64,000 nt of DNA from Pelomyxa schiedti (lineage: Eukaryota; Protista; Evosea): positions 124,001-188,000 of the forward strand of contig JAHLWZ010000636.1 in the NCBI GenBank assembly GCA_020536535.1. Direction: 5' to 3'. The notes below the pieces were generated by a model, which was not told the origin of the DNA, did no database searches, and saw only the letters and a program-made list of their open reading frames with translations. How positions within the stretch are numbered: the first letter of the stretch is position 1; each line of letters starts with the position of its first letter. Of this stretch, positions 1-10,814 are shown piece after piece. The translations under genes and the position numbers were made by a program.

Positions 1-2870
1 ACCACCCACCTCCATACTTATCAAGATTGCAATTCCTGTACAGTAATCCAACACCAAGCTTCGACCATGGGAAGGTCAAGGGACTTGTAGCCAAGTTGAT
101 TGATGTACCCGACCCATCTACAACAACGGCCGTTGAAACTGTCGCAGGAGGGAGGTTGTACAATGTACGCTTTTTTCCTTTTTACATCAAAACCAAAAAC
201 ATCTTGAAACAAGGTGGTTGTTGATTCTGAAAAAACATCATCAGAGCTTATAAAGAACGGCAGACTTCAAGATCGTTACACTTTCATTCCATTGTCCCAG
301 ATAAGGGCTTCTAGGCTACCCGATCGGGTACCCAAACACTTCAGTTGTTTTCTACTAATCCTACCAGGTTGTGAGCGCTGCTGAATCTGTTGCCGGAAGA
401 GATAATGTTCGACTAGCTTTGTTTCTCGTTCGATATTCCTCAGAGGTACAGAAAGCTATGGAATATGTCTTTGGTGGAGCCTTTATATGCAAAGGTATGC
501 TCTGTTAGAGATAAAATACGGATTGAGAAACCAAACAAGATGACCCATCTGCTAGCAAAGTTGCGTTTTCTCCATCCACTGCAGCAAGGGCAGTTACCTT
601 AGGTGGTGATGTGTATGACCCCCGAGGCACACTTACTGGTGTGTATAAACTTCATTTGTTTGACACACTCATTTTCGAAGGTGGCTCGCAACAAAGCGCA
701 CATTCCGTTCTCAAAGCAATGTGTGAGCTCAACACAGTAAATGAGGAATATGAAGCAGTTACTGGAAATCTAAAAGATGTTTCCATACAGATCACTGGCA
801 TTCAGGTTTTTTTTGTTATTCCCTTACTTTTTATTTATTAATGAGTAACAGGAAGCTGGCAGACAAACTCGTTCAGTAAAAACGGCGCTTGATCTCAAGC
901 AACACGAACTTGAAATTTTAACTGCTCAACTATCCTCCTCACCAGCAGCCCAGGTATTACCATTTTATGTACCGCCATAGTTACCATTTGCAAGGTCATT
1001 AAAGAGATTGAAGAGCTTCAACAGAGGGTTGTGCTGAAACAAGAGGCAATTGCACAAGCAAAAGAGAGACTCGCTAATGCCACCAGGCGGTGTCAAGAGC
1101 TACAGGGACAAGAGGGAACGCAATCCACTGGTTCATCACGAGACGCTGAGTTGAAGAGATTAGAGGTGACAAATCTGTCTAGAGCTGTTATGACTGTACA
1201 AAATACTCACAAGCACAGGAGCAAATTCGGCAGGCAAAGGCAGCCGTGAAAAAAGATGCTAACCAAAGAAAGGAAAAAAAGCAGACTGCAGAGAAGCTCC
1301 GTTTAGAGAAAGGTTATTCCATTCACAACTGTTGGCCTTTCTACAATTCTTAAAACAGAGGGACTAGAGAAGGAACTAGACATCCAGCAGAACCAACAAT
1401 TGAAACAACTTGAAGAGCAAGTCAGGGTAAGTGCTGCAGAGCTCAAAGATGTAGAGGAAACGTATGCTGAGGCCAAGGTAGTACAAGCTGACAAGTATCC
1501 TTGACTGCTTCTAATGTTCCTTAGGTTAAGAGGGATCAAGCTAAGGAAGCAGAGGAAGCAAGAAAAAAAGAGATAGAATCTCAGTCCCATAAAATCACCA
1601 AGCTTAATCAGGTCCCCACCCAGGCGATACACTTCCCTACCTTGGCTTATCCTTTACAGGAATGTGACGAACTATTCTCTCGAAAAAGTGAAGCAGAAAT
1701 TGATCTAAAGAAACACGAACACTCACGCGAGAAATGTAGCAAAGCCAAAGAGCAGGCCAGCAAGTACATTCGTGAAAAAGAAAAAAGTCACCCTTGGATA
1801 AACTCAGACAAACAGTTTTCATTTGCACATGTTAACTTATTTAACACTACTTAGTAAATTTGGTCAGAAGGGCGATTATGATTTTAGTCATATTGAAGAT
1901 GATAAAAGGAAGCTAAAGGAAAAGAAGGCTGAGCAGGAAGAACTATTCAAGAGGGTGCGCAATGGTTTTTCGCCTGGGAATCACTAACAAATAAAAGTTG
2001 AACCGTAAAGTGATGACAATGTATGAATCGACAGAAGGTACACTCATCCGGAAGTATGGAAATACTCACAGCCCTTCATGAAGAAAAATACCACGACTTG
2101 GTAAAAAAAAGAGAGAAATTGGAAAAAGATAAGAAATCTATCGAGACCACAATTGCAAATCTCGACTTAAAGAAGAAACAGACTCTGCAAGCCACTTTCA
2201 AGAAAGTTGACAAGTAGGATATCAACCCCTTACCGTTTGTGATTGCTAAGGCCGTTTTAACAGAGATTTCACCTCTATTTTCTCTTCCCTTCTACCTGGT
2301 TCTACTGCAAAGCTGGAGAAAGTTGGGGATACTATATTTGAGGGGCTGGAAGTTAAAGTGGCATTCAGAAATGTATGGAAGAGTCTTACCGAGTTATCTG
2401 GTGGTCAGCGGTAACTCATCTTTTTCGTCTTTAATGTGTTTTAACTCGAATTGCAACCACTCAATAGATCACTTCTTGCCTTGTCACTAATCTTGGCTCT
2501 TCTGTTATACAAGCCTGCACCAATGTATATCCTAGGTTATCCGTCTTCCATATCAATGCACGCCCGGAGTTGTCTAACCTCACTACAATCAGATGAAGTT
2601 GACGCTGCTCTCGATCCAAGTCACACCCAAAACATCGGCAGCATGCTCAAGACCCACTTTGGGCACAGCCAGTTCATAGTGGTGAGCCTCAAAAAGGGCA
2701 TGTACAACAACGCCAACGTCGTCTTTGAGGCCAAGTGCATAGACGGAGTCAGCACAGTCAGCCGCAGAACAAACAAAGACGTCGTCGCCACAGGCGCGGA
2801 CTCTGACGACGAGGACGCCCAGCCCCACGGTCCCACTTCCAAACGTCCCAGAAAAGGGGGCAGAACATAA
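1..2870 (+). CDS. SMC2: Condensin subunit SMC2, 3' part (hinge to C-terminal ATPase head), multi-exon, 5'-truncated by the window
   Basis: Hinge-like VAKLIDV...VAGGRLYNV and [18 protein letters not shown], then coiled coil. Signature motif [10 protein letters not shown]|[22 protein letters not shown]|[16 protein letters not shown] is restored by GT-AG introns 2411-2467 and 2536-2592. Tail [16 protein letters not shown] is SMC2-type. Confidence 0.95.
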
Positions 2871-3236
2871 AACCAAAGAAACAACGCCCACCCAAAAGCA
2901 GCAGCAGGAGCGCTACTTGCAGCTACACGACCAAGTACAGAAGAAAAACAACAGAATTTGATTTCTTTTTTTTACCTTTGGAAGTGTGAAATTTTCTGCC
3001 TGCTGAGTGTGTGGCCTTCCTGAATACCTCTAATAATTATTATCCACGCTAATGTTGACAACAGAACATCGGAGAAAATATTGCAAAGTCGGCACTGCTT
3101 GGCAAGAGTAGCAGTTTTTTACTGTTCGTAACCGGTGTCGGAGATACTACCAATGAGGAGGTATCTACGAAAGAAAACACCAACCGGAGTAAAAAAAAAC
3201 CAACTTATTTCTCCTTGCAGTTGACCGATCAGTTTG

Positions 3237-4859
3237 ATGGCGAGACTGGAGCCAAGCGCCGTTTCGAAGTTTGGTTTGGCATTGGACCTTGACGGTGAGG
3301 TTTTTTTTTTAGTGCTTGGGCAGAAAGTGCCTCCCCTAATTCTGTTGTTTGTCCGTTGGCAGGAGTTCTTCTTAGGGACGGGGTTCCAATGCCAAGAGTG
3401 TTGGAGGCTGTGAGGAGGCTTACAGGACAAAACGGTACGACGTCGCGTGTGCCGCTAGTTTTTGTGAGCAACAATGGGGGGTTACCTGAGCGTGATTATG
3501 CTAGTGTTTTGTCATCTACATTGCAGTTTAACGTGAGTGACCAAAGATACTATCTTAATAGTGAAGGGACAGCTGGGATGGGGATAACTTTTTTTTTTTT
3601 TTTTTTTTTCGTTTATTAGATGATACCTGCTTGGGATTGTTAACATGCAATAACAGGTTCATGAAAATCAAGTTGTACTGTCACACACACCCATGAGAAA
3701 ACCTGCTGCTGAATTCACCAACAGAAAGGTGCTTGTTGTGGCTCGAAATGAGGCTGCAACCAAACTTCCTCCAGCCTATGGTTTGACAAAGTTCATTTCT
3801 CTGACCGACTTTGCTTGCGCTCACCCACAGTTGTGGCCTCTGAAGACGTATCCTCCTTTCTTGGCTCACCTAATGGTGCGGTTCCATTTCTTCCACTTGT
3901 AGGCTCTGATGAATTAGCCCAGCTGCCTCTTTGATGAGACACCAGTTGAAGGGATTTTCATTTTTCAAGCACCAGATGATTGGGGAGAGGTTCACACTTC
4001 TTTTTCCTTTCCCTAATAACGGAATTTAGGCCATCCAAATAATCTGCGACTTAGTTCTTGGCAACGGTAGCATAACAACGGTTGCCTCTATTCTTTGGTA
4101 GAAGATTCTAATTTTCACTGAACCCAGCCACAAGATGTTTCTGGAGTCAAACCGCAGATACCCATTTTTTTGGCAAATCCGGATGTTGTTTATCAAGGGG
4201 ATCATCATGTACCCCGCTTTACAGTCGGAGCCTTCCTCATGTGTCTGCGCACAATGTACAAGGTAATACATTGAAACACGTAAATCAATCACTTGTTAAA
4301 CATACTGCAGTATGCTTCAGGAAGGGATCTTGAGGTGAAAGTTTATGGCAAACCTGACATATTCACCTATAAATATGTTGAAGAATCTCTTCAACAACAG
4401 GTTCCCATTCATAAATAATTTTTTTACCACTCCACTACTCCTTACTACTCTCCTTCAATCAGGCTGACACTTTGGGACAGAAATTAGAGGTCATTTACGC
4501 CATAGGTTTTCTTTACCAAAGGAACTTGTATCACTATCAAGTAACCGGCCACATTAGGAGATAACCCATCCTCTGGTATTACCCTCTGTTGAACTGCACA
4601 TCTGCATTCATAAAAAAAAAACAGACATCCAAGGGGCTGACAATGCCAGCCTCACTTCCAACTATTCTTGGTTCACAATTCTAACCCGCGGAGGGTGTTT
4701 TCACGGTCAAGATAACGATCCCCGCTTCCCGGCTAAGGTTCTACGTCTCCCTCTCACCAATCCTACCTAATTCACAAATAGGCTGTTGTAACTGACTTCA
4801 GTGATGCCCTTTCCCTTGTGTTCCAGAGAGAATCTTATTCCCCATCCAAAACAGAATAA
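3237..4859 (+). CDS. HDHD5: HAD-superfamily subfamily IIA hydrolase, CECR5/HDHD5-like, multi-exon
   Basis: Motif I KFGLALDLDG|VLLRDG, then VFVSNNGG, FLANPDVVYQG...PRFTVGAF, YGKPD and IYAIG|DNPSS. Stop TAA at 4857-4859. Confidence 0.85.
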
Positions 4860-4921
4860 ACGGAAAAACATTGGAAACATAGAAAATTTAAAAAACCTAC
4901 ATCACGGGTTTTCTTTTCTCT

Positions 4922-5830
4922 TCAAACAGTTTTGATGTACTTAGAAACAAAGGTTCGCACACTCTTGGCAAACAGGGAGAGTCTGGCGTGGTTCTTGGGT
5001 GGATGTCTGGGGTCTTTTTCCATTTTGCCAGTTTTGGCTGAAAACCAAGCAAAGTCCACCATCTCCTTCTGATGTCGGGGTATGCCCTGTTTCCGGTTAT
5101 GCTTGCCCATGGCTTTTTTGATGGAGTTTCTGAGCTTGAAATAATGAGTGCCAGGCGGCAAGTTCACAATGAAAACCGGGGTCCTCCGGCCATCTACATT
5201 CCGCCTCACGAGGATATAGGGCTTTTCCTTGTTCAATAAGTCCGCAAACCTGAAGCGGTGTGTGGCTTCCGGTTCCCCAACTTTAAACCTGGACAGTTTG
5301 AATTCCTCCTTTAATTCACGCTTGGCAAGGTTGAACCAGCAAAGCTTTCCTTTCACACGATCACATCGTTCTGCCTTGCCTGCTGCAATATTGTATTCCC
5401 CTTTGTATGTCCCTCCACGTTCCTTTCCTAGCCCCAGCAGAAAGTCTTTTGTAGGAGTAGTAGCAAGCAGGGCAACTCCTGCACCGGCATTTATTTTTGC
5501 CTTGGACCGAAGAGCTCTGCACCACTTATGGGTGCATCCCTTTTCCTTCTTGTGCTTCTTGTCCTTTTTATCCTTTTTGTGCTTGTGCTTGTCCTTGTCC
5601 TTGTGCTTTTTGTCCTTCCTGTCCTTTTCCTTGTCCTTTTTGTCCTTGTCCTTGTGCTTGTGCTTGTGCTTGTGCTTTTTGTCCTTTTTGTCCTTCTTGT
5701 CCTTCTTTTTGTTCTTCTTATGCTTCTTGTCCTTCTCCTTTTTGTTCTTTTTATCTTTCTTTCCCTTATCGTCCTTATCCTTCTCCACTGTAATTTTTTC
5801 ACTTACATTGTCCACCTTGAGCTTCTTTGT
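4922..5830 (-). CDS. Lys/Asp/His-rich low-complexity linker plus Nudix hydrolase domain (single long exon with no usable ATG of its own)
   Basis: ORF 4922-5815 contains NIAAGKAERCD...AKRELKEEFKL, a variant Nudix box GX5[D]...REUXEE. The listed start is GTG and the first in-frame ATG lies downstream of the Nudix box. Confidence 0.75.
   Translation of the reverse strand, partial: TKKLKVDNVSEKITVEKDKDDKGKKDKKNKKEKDKKHKKNKKKDKKDKKDKKHKHKHKHKDKDKKDKEKDRKDKKHKDKDKHKHKKDKKDKKHKKEKGCTHKWCRALRSKAKINAGAGVALLATTPTKDFLLGLGKERGGTYKGEYNIAAGKAERCDRVKGKLCWFNLAKRELKEEFKLSRFKVGEPEATHRFRFADLLNKEKPYILVRRNVDGRRTPVFIVNLPPGTHYFKLRNSIKKAMGKHNRKQGIPRHQKEMVDFAWFSAKTGKMEKDPRHPPKNHARLSLFAKSVRTFVSKYIKTV
5530..5790. repeat. 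Coding hexamer microsatellite (TTGTCC/TTGTGC on + strand) encoding KD/KH repeats
   Basis: Tandem ttgtcc, ttgtgc and ttcttg units, which also generate several shadow ORFs in other frames. Confidence 0.9.
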
Positions 5831-5877
5831 CTTGGTTTTGCTGTTAGTAACAGGGAAACTAGTAGGAAACCTACTAC

Positions 5878-6861
5878 AGGAGGCAGGACTATTCGGTCCC
5901 GTTGCTTTTTATATAAAATAAGATATTCAGGAAGGGCTAAACGATCCCTGAAGATGGCATATTCTCTCTGTGGGAAGTTAATGTAGAGAAATGTATTATT
6001 GTACCTTTCTTTCATGTGGACCCAGTACAGCAGCATCCAAACCAGAAACATGTGGGTGCCTGTGGTGCCTCAGAGAAAAGTTTCTCTTCTTGCCCTTGTT
6101 TTTCGTTGATTGGACTAACGCAACAGAAGAAGCAAACCAAGATTACGCGAAGTATAAACAGGACCTGTACCCCGAGACGTTTCTTAGCATATCCATCAGC
6201 CACAGATACGGACTGTGGAGAGTAAATAACAATGATTCAGAGAGGACACAGTATACCGGTGCTGTATAAATTGCCTTTCCAACTTTATGCTTTGGGGAGG
6301 AAAATTTAACTTTGAAGCCGTTTTTAATGATGGAGCAGACTGGGCAGCGAGCAGAATTACATACCGGTGGTGACGGGTTTTGGTTTTGTTTCTGTATTAC
6401 CGTTATAGTCATAGGTGCTGAGGTCATATACCAGTAAATTACAAATACACCGTGTTCCATGGAACACCCACCTCTTGTGAGCGTGTTCCTTCAATCTTTG
6501 GGCACTCTTAATAAATCGCTCTTTAAGCCTCTGGTTTCTCACCTATTAAGCAAATGCTTCATGTTCAATACGGGTTTGAGGATCATTTTTCAAAAAATTA
6601 AGCAGACTAGAGAGTGCGTTGTACGTTTATTGACTCACCTTGAATACCGCAAGTACTTTCATGTTAGCAGGTGGCCTGTAAGGCCTGTCGTGATGCTTCA
6701 ATTTTGTACGTCGGCGCCATCCACGCTCCAGCTTATTCAGTACCCACTCGAGGTGCCGACCACGAACAAGTGTCAAGTATCTGCAATTTTGTCCCTGTGT
6801 ATTATATTCGTTTCTCTCTTTGTGGCGGTTTCATTTTTTGACTTACGGGTGGGTCCGCCAT
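5878..6861 (-). CDS. PARP-like (ART fold) ADP-ribosyltransferase domain, multi-exon; probably the N-terminal part of a fusion with the downstream Nudix exon
   Basis: Spliced reading MADPP|GQNCRY...MKVLAVFK|VRNQRLKERF...KRWVFHGTR...CNSARCPVCSIIKNGF...VGKAIYTAP|...ADGYAKK...LFILRVIL|...LDAAVLGPHERK|REYAIFRDRLALPEYLILY. The H-Y-E triad pattern of PARP-like ARTs is present. Confidence 0.75.
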
Positions 6862-6993
6862 GTCGTTTGCCAACCGGTTTTTGTTCTGTTGTGGTTTCTA
6901 CGAAGTTACCAACTTGGCAAGGAAAAGGAAGAAAAAAAAACCCGAGCCCGCGCGATGTGTTGTTATTTTTTTTCCACTTTTGTAACTTGGAGG

Positions 6994-8631
6994 TCAAGGG
7001 CTCCCTTTGGAGGTGTAGGACAAACACCACTCAATGGAGGCGGACATCGGCGGTGTTTTGACACGTGACAGCACTTGCCTGACGTCATCCCGTTTCAGTC
7101 CACAGTCTAAAACCAGCCATTTGACCACCTCAATCCTATCGCTCTGACAGGTTTCCAGGAGCAGCTGGTTGCCCTTTACTCTGAGGTCGGCATAGACCAG
7201 TCCACCACATGAAACCAGCCACTTTGCTGTTTCAAGTTGCCCATTGCTGCAGGCCTGGGCCAGCGCCTCACAGTGGTTATATCTGGCAAGTTCTGCTGGT
7301 GTCTGTCCTATCTTACTGGCAACCCATTTAGCGGTCTCTATGTCCGCTCTGGCGCAGGATACAACAAAGGAACCTGGCGCGATTGGCATACCACGTGATG
7401 TGAGCCACTCTGCAATGTCCAGGTGCTTCCTTTCACAGCAAAGTTCTAGGGTGTTGGTTCCGATGCAGTGGGTAAACTGGAATTCCCGCTTCGCTGAGGA
7501 GAGACCGTAACCTGACAGGGATTGCCGCATTGGTAGGTCCCACATGTCAACGACCCACTTTAAGAGGTCCAACCTGCCAAACGCACATAGTCCAGGCAGG
7601 AGTATATCTACAGCGTAGTCTTGTCCAACACGAGCGAAAGTTGCACTAAGCCATTCTGCTATATCCCGATGCCCAAGAAGACAGCTCTGGGCAAAACAAG
7701 AGTTGATCCTATTTGGCCCCAGTACAGTTATGGAATATGTTGTGGCGAGCCACTTGACAAGTTTCAAGTTTCCGGATTTGCAGGCGCACTGCAGCGCATC
7801 ACATTCAAAACAGCAGGCCTGCTGGCTCGTGAGCGAGAACCTAGTTGCAAGCCACTCTACAAGTTCCATTTTGCCTGTTCCACACGCAAGCCTGAAAGCA
7901 TAGCACAGCCTATCACAAAAGTGTTTTGCAGCCAGCCCAAAGGTAGCATCCAGCCACTGTATAGCACCCATATGGCCCCCCATGCAAGCCAACTGCAGTG
8001 CCATTGTGACTCCATCTCCACTCACAGAACACACCCCAGGCCTGTCCAAGAAACTCTCGTCAATATCATCGGAATCACTTGCGGTGGTAGTAGTATTAGC
8101 AGGCGCGGTGGCGGGGTCCGGTTTCACCATCATGGGACGAGCGAACGTGGACAGCCACCAGCGGGCTCCGGCGACGGAGCCTCGGCTGCAGCACAGCGCG
8201 ACGGCGCGGGACGTGGGCTCGCGGCCTATGGCGGGGCACAGGTAGCCCAGCGACTGCAGCGCGGCGTGGAAGGCGGACACGGAGGCGACGTCGCGGAGCA
8301 GCAGGGCGCGGGGGCGCCATGGCGGCGGCAGGGGGCTGCTGCTGCTCCCGGGGACGGGGCTCGGGGGGTCGCCGCCGCTGCTGCAGTAGCGGAACGCGAT
8401 CCAGTGCGAGCAGCGGAAGCACTCGAGGGACGCGCACTCGGCCACGGCGCACAGGGGGCTCCGGCGGCACTGCTCGTCCACAAGGCGCCGCGAGCCCAGA
8501 GCCACGAGCGGGAAAAAGGCCTCGGCCGCGACCACGCAGTCGCGGGAGGACAACAACCGCCATACGTGGCTCCAAACGATGTGGGATAAACGTACAACAT
8601 TATCACCAACTCCTGTCTTTTCGGTCGACAT
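6994..8631 (-). CDS. Ankyrin-repeat protein, intronless
   Basis: 545-aa ORF with repeated ALxxACxxGxLxxxxWL motifs (ALQLACMGGHMGAIQWL, AFRLACGTGKMELVEWL, ALQCACKSGNLKLVKWL, ALAQACSNGQLETAKWL). Confidence 0.85.
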   Translation of the reverse strand: MSTEKTGVGDNVVRLSHIVWSHVWRLLSSRDCVVAAEAFFPLVALGSRRLVDEQCRRSPLCAVAECASLECFRCSHWIAFRYCSSGGDPPSPVPGSSSSPLPPPWRPRALLLRDVASVSAFHAALQSLGYLCPAIGREPTSRAVALCCSRGSVAGARWWLSTFARPMMVKPDPATAPANTTTTASDSDDIDESFLDRPGVCSVSGDGVTMALQLACMGGHMGAIQWLDATFGLAAKHFCDRLCYAFRLACGTGKMELVEWLATRFSLTSQQACCFECDALQCACKSGNLKLVKWLATTYSITVLGPNRINSCFAQSCLLGHRDIAEWLSATFARVGQDYAVDILLPGLCAFGRLDLLKWVVDMWDLPMRQSLSGYGLSSAKREFQFTHCIGTNTLELCCERKHLDIAEWLTSRGMPIAPGSFVVSCARADIETAKWVASKIGQTPAELARYNHCEALAQACSNGQLETAKWLVSCGGLVYADLRVKGNQLLLETCQSDRIEVVKWLVLDCGLKRDDVRQVLSRVKTPPMSASIEWCLSYTSKGSP

Positions 8632-8732
8632 CGTGTTCCCGTAAAAAGAGTCTCTTGTTAAATCTCAAAGAAAGAAAGGGCTCCGCGTTTACTTGTTTGA
8701 GTGGAAAAAGTGGCTGGACAAGTCGAGGGTAA

Positions 8733-10337
8733 TTACCTGCCATGCTTTTTCTTTGAGGAATGGCTTGCGGTAGGTGTTTTTGTCGTTGCTTTTGTGAACG
8801 CACTCAAGTTCTGTTGCAACAGCAAAGCGAGCTTCTGCATTGACTCCCTGTGTCCTGCGTCAGCGGCCCTCCGGTAAAGCGAGAATGCCATATCCAAGTC
8901 TATGAGCCCTTGTGCGCCAAACTCTAGGGACGATGCAACCCTGAATATGGAGACCACATGACCCCTTCCAATGACTTCCTGATAAAGAGAGTTGGCTTTG
9001 CTGATGTCTGCAGACACACCCAGACCATTTTCATAGCACAACGCCAGCAGGACCCTTGCCTCACATGAGGATGTTTCTGCTGCAGCCTTCATAATAGGCT
9101 CGGAACCATTGTAGCCGCGAGCACACCCCATCAAGACACTGCATCCATATGTAAGAATTGCTTGAGTATTGCCCTTCTCGTAGGCACTTCGGATGAGCGA
9201 AACGGTGAAGTTCATATCAACGGGTACACCTGTTCCTCGGCAGTAGCATGTACCAAGCTCGAACATGGCGTCACTATTTCCGGCATCAACTGCCCTCTTC
9301 AGGAGGGGAATTGCTTTATTGTAGTCCACAGCAACCCCTTTGCCATCTATGTAATACTGAGCAAGTTTGCACATTGAAGGCGCATGTCCTTTCATTACAG
9401 CTCTCTCCGCAAGTGAAACAGCTTTAGCTGGGTCTTTGGGAACGCCATCACCACTCATATAGGCATCGGCCAGGCTATTCATGGCAGCCGCGTAGCCACC
9501 GTCAACCGATCGCTGGAAAAGCTCAATTGCCTTCGTGATATCTCTCTCGGTCCCACTTCCAGTTGAAAGTAAGCTGCCCATGAGATATAAGGCCTTCGGG
9601 TCGCCGGCTTCAACGCCCTTTTGAATAAGTGCGAGACCTTTGGCGATGTCCTCAGGTACTCCTTTCCCAATTATATAGAGGTGACCGAGATTCAGCTCAG
9701 CACGCCATACAACTTCTGGCTCATTTGTACCAGCAGCTTTCTGGAATAGAGAAATAGCCGTATTAGTATCAAGTGGAACGCCATGGCCATGGAGATAAAG
9801 ACATCCAAGATTAAGATACGCCCCTGGCCATCCAAGATCAGCTGCTCTCTGTAGAAAACGAACCCCAGTGTCTAGATTTTTCACAACGCCACAACCCGTC
9901 ATATAGCAGTCCCCAAGGGTGAAGAGTGCTTCTGCATGTCCGGCATCTGAAGCCCTCTGAAGGTAAGGAATCGCTAGCGGGGGATCTTTCTTGACACACT
10001 CCCCAAACAAATAGCAGTTGGCCAGCTTGAGCATTGCCTTCACACTGCCGGCGTCTATTGCCTTGTTGTAGTACTGAATGGCCTTGATGGGATCTGGATC
10101 TGTGCCCTGGCCCCTCCTGTAGTATTCCGCAACAGTAAGCAGCATCTCGTGATCGCCAGACCCATCAGCCAAATCCGTGAATATAGCAAATCCCCTGGGT
10201 TCGTTATGTCCAGCGTTGAAACAGAAATCCAATTTCATCGTTCCACCCCTAGCTCTTTCTCGCCAAATATCGTCAAGATCCAGATCCATTTCACTAGGAA
10301 ACAGGTAGGTTAAGCACGAGAAAGATGTGCGATACAT
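8733..10337 (-). CDS. Sel1-like repeat (SLR) protein, intronless
   Basis: About 10-11 repeats of AxxxLGxxYxxGxGVxxDxxKAxxxxxxAAxxG. The true start may be an internal Met (MDLDL). Confidence 0.92.
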   Translation of the reverse strand: MYRTSFSCLTYLFPSEMDLDLDDIWRERARGGTMKLDFCFNAGHNEPRGFAIFTDLADGSGDHEMLLTVAEYYRRGQGTDPDPIKAIQYYNKAIDAGSVKAMLKLANCYLFGECVKKDPPLAIPYLQRASDAGHAEALFTLGDCYMTGCGVVKNLDTGVRFLQRAADLGWPGAYLNLGCLYLHGHGVPLDTNTAISLFQKAAGTNEPEVVWRAELNLGHLYIIGKGVPEDIAKGLALIQKGVEAGDPKALYLMGSLLSTGSGTERDITKAIELFQRSVDGGYAAAMNSLADAYMSGDGVPKDPAKAVSLAERAVMKGHAPSMCKLAQYYIDGKGVAVDYNKAIPLLKRAVDAGNSDAMFELGTCYCRGTGVPVDMNFTVSLIRSAYEKGNTQAILTYGCSVLMGCARGYNGSEPIMKAAAETSSCEARVLLALCYENGLGVSADISKANSLYQEVIGRGHVVSIFRVASSLEFGAQGLIDLDMAFSLYRRAADAGHRESMQKLALLLQQNLSAFTKATTKTPTASHSSKKKHGR

Positions 10338-10814
10338 ACGCCATCACTTCTTGCCTTGATTTGTTTTGCCTCACGTCTGCTACACGGGGTATTTTAAAGT
10401 TTTTTGAGGATCTCACGGTTTCTTTTTTTGACAGTAAAAGGCAGGGGAGTGGCGCCATCGTGTCATAACTAAAAGGGTTATTTCGAAGAACTAAAGAAAG
10501 GGATTAATTCTTGGGGAACCATTGCAAACAATGGCTCCACGTTGTCCAAACGCAATGAGCCTCTGTTTTTGGGCACAATACAAGAAGGACAGCTTCGACT
10601 TGGGTGGTACAAACAACCAGGAATCCAACCACAAAGAGTGTCCTGCCACGAAACAGGCTCCCGTGTCTCCGTGGCAAACTTCTCAGACAAAGTTTCACCG
10701 AAGCCTTAGTTGAATAAAATAATCAACAGGCACTGTCATTACGTTATCCTCGCTCAGGATCGGCGGTCTGGTGTTTTTTTTATTCCGCCAATTGTGGCTT
10801 TTTACCGTAACACC

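Noticed and set aside
5229-5986. Long plus-strand ORFs rich in F/L/S/C/V (230, 152 and 98 aa)
   Set aside because: Antisense or off-frame shadows of the K/D/H microsatellite exon.
6452-6467. Perfect 16-bp palindrome GTGTTCCATGGAACAC
   Set aside because: It lies within the FHGT codons of the ART, is a single instance and has no supporting context.
7621-8732. Multiple overlapping GC-rich ORFs (322, 159, 137 and 127 aa)
   Set aside because: Stop-poor shadow frames of the GC-rich 5' part of the ankyrin gene. The same applies at 14971-16072, 23956-24948, 29586-30403 and 37996-39092.
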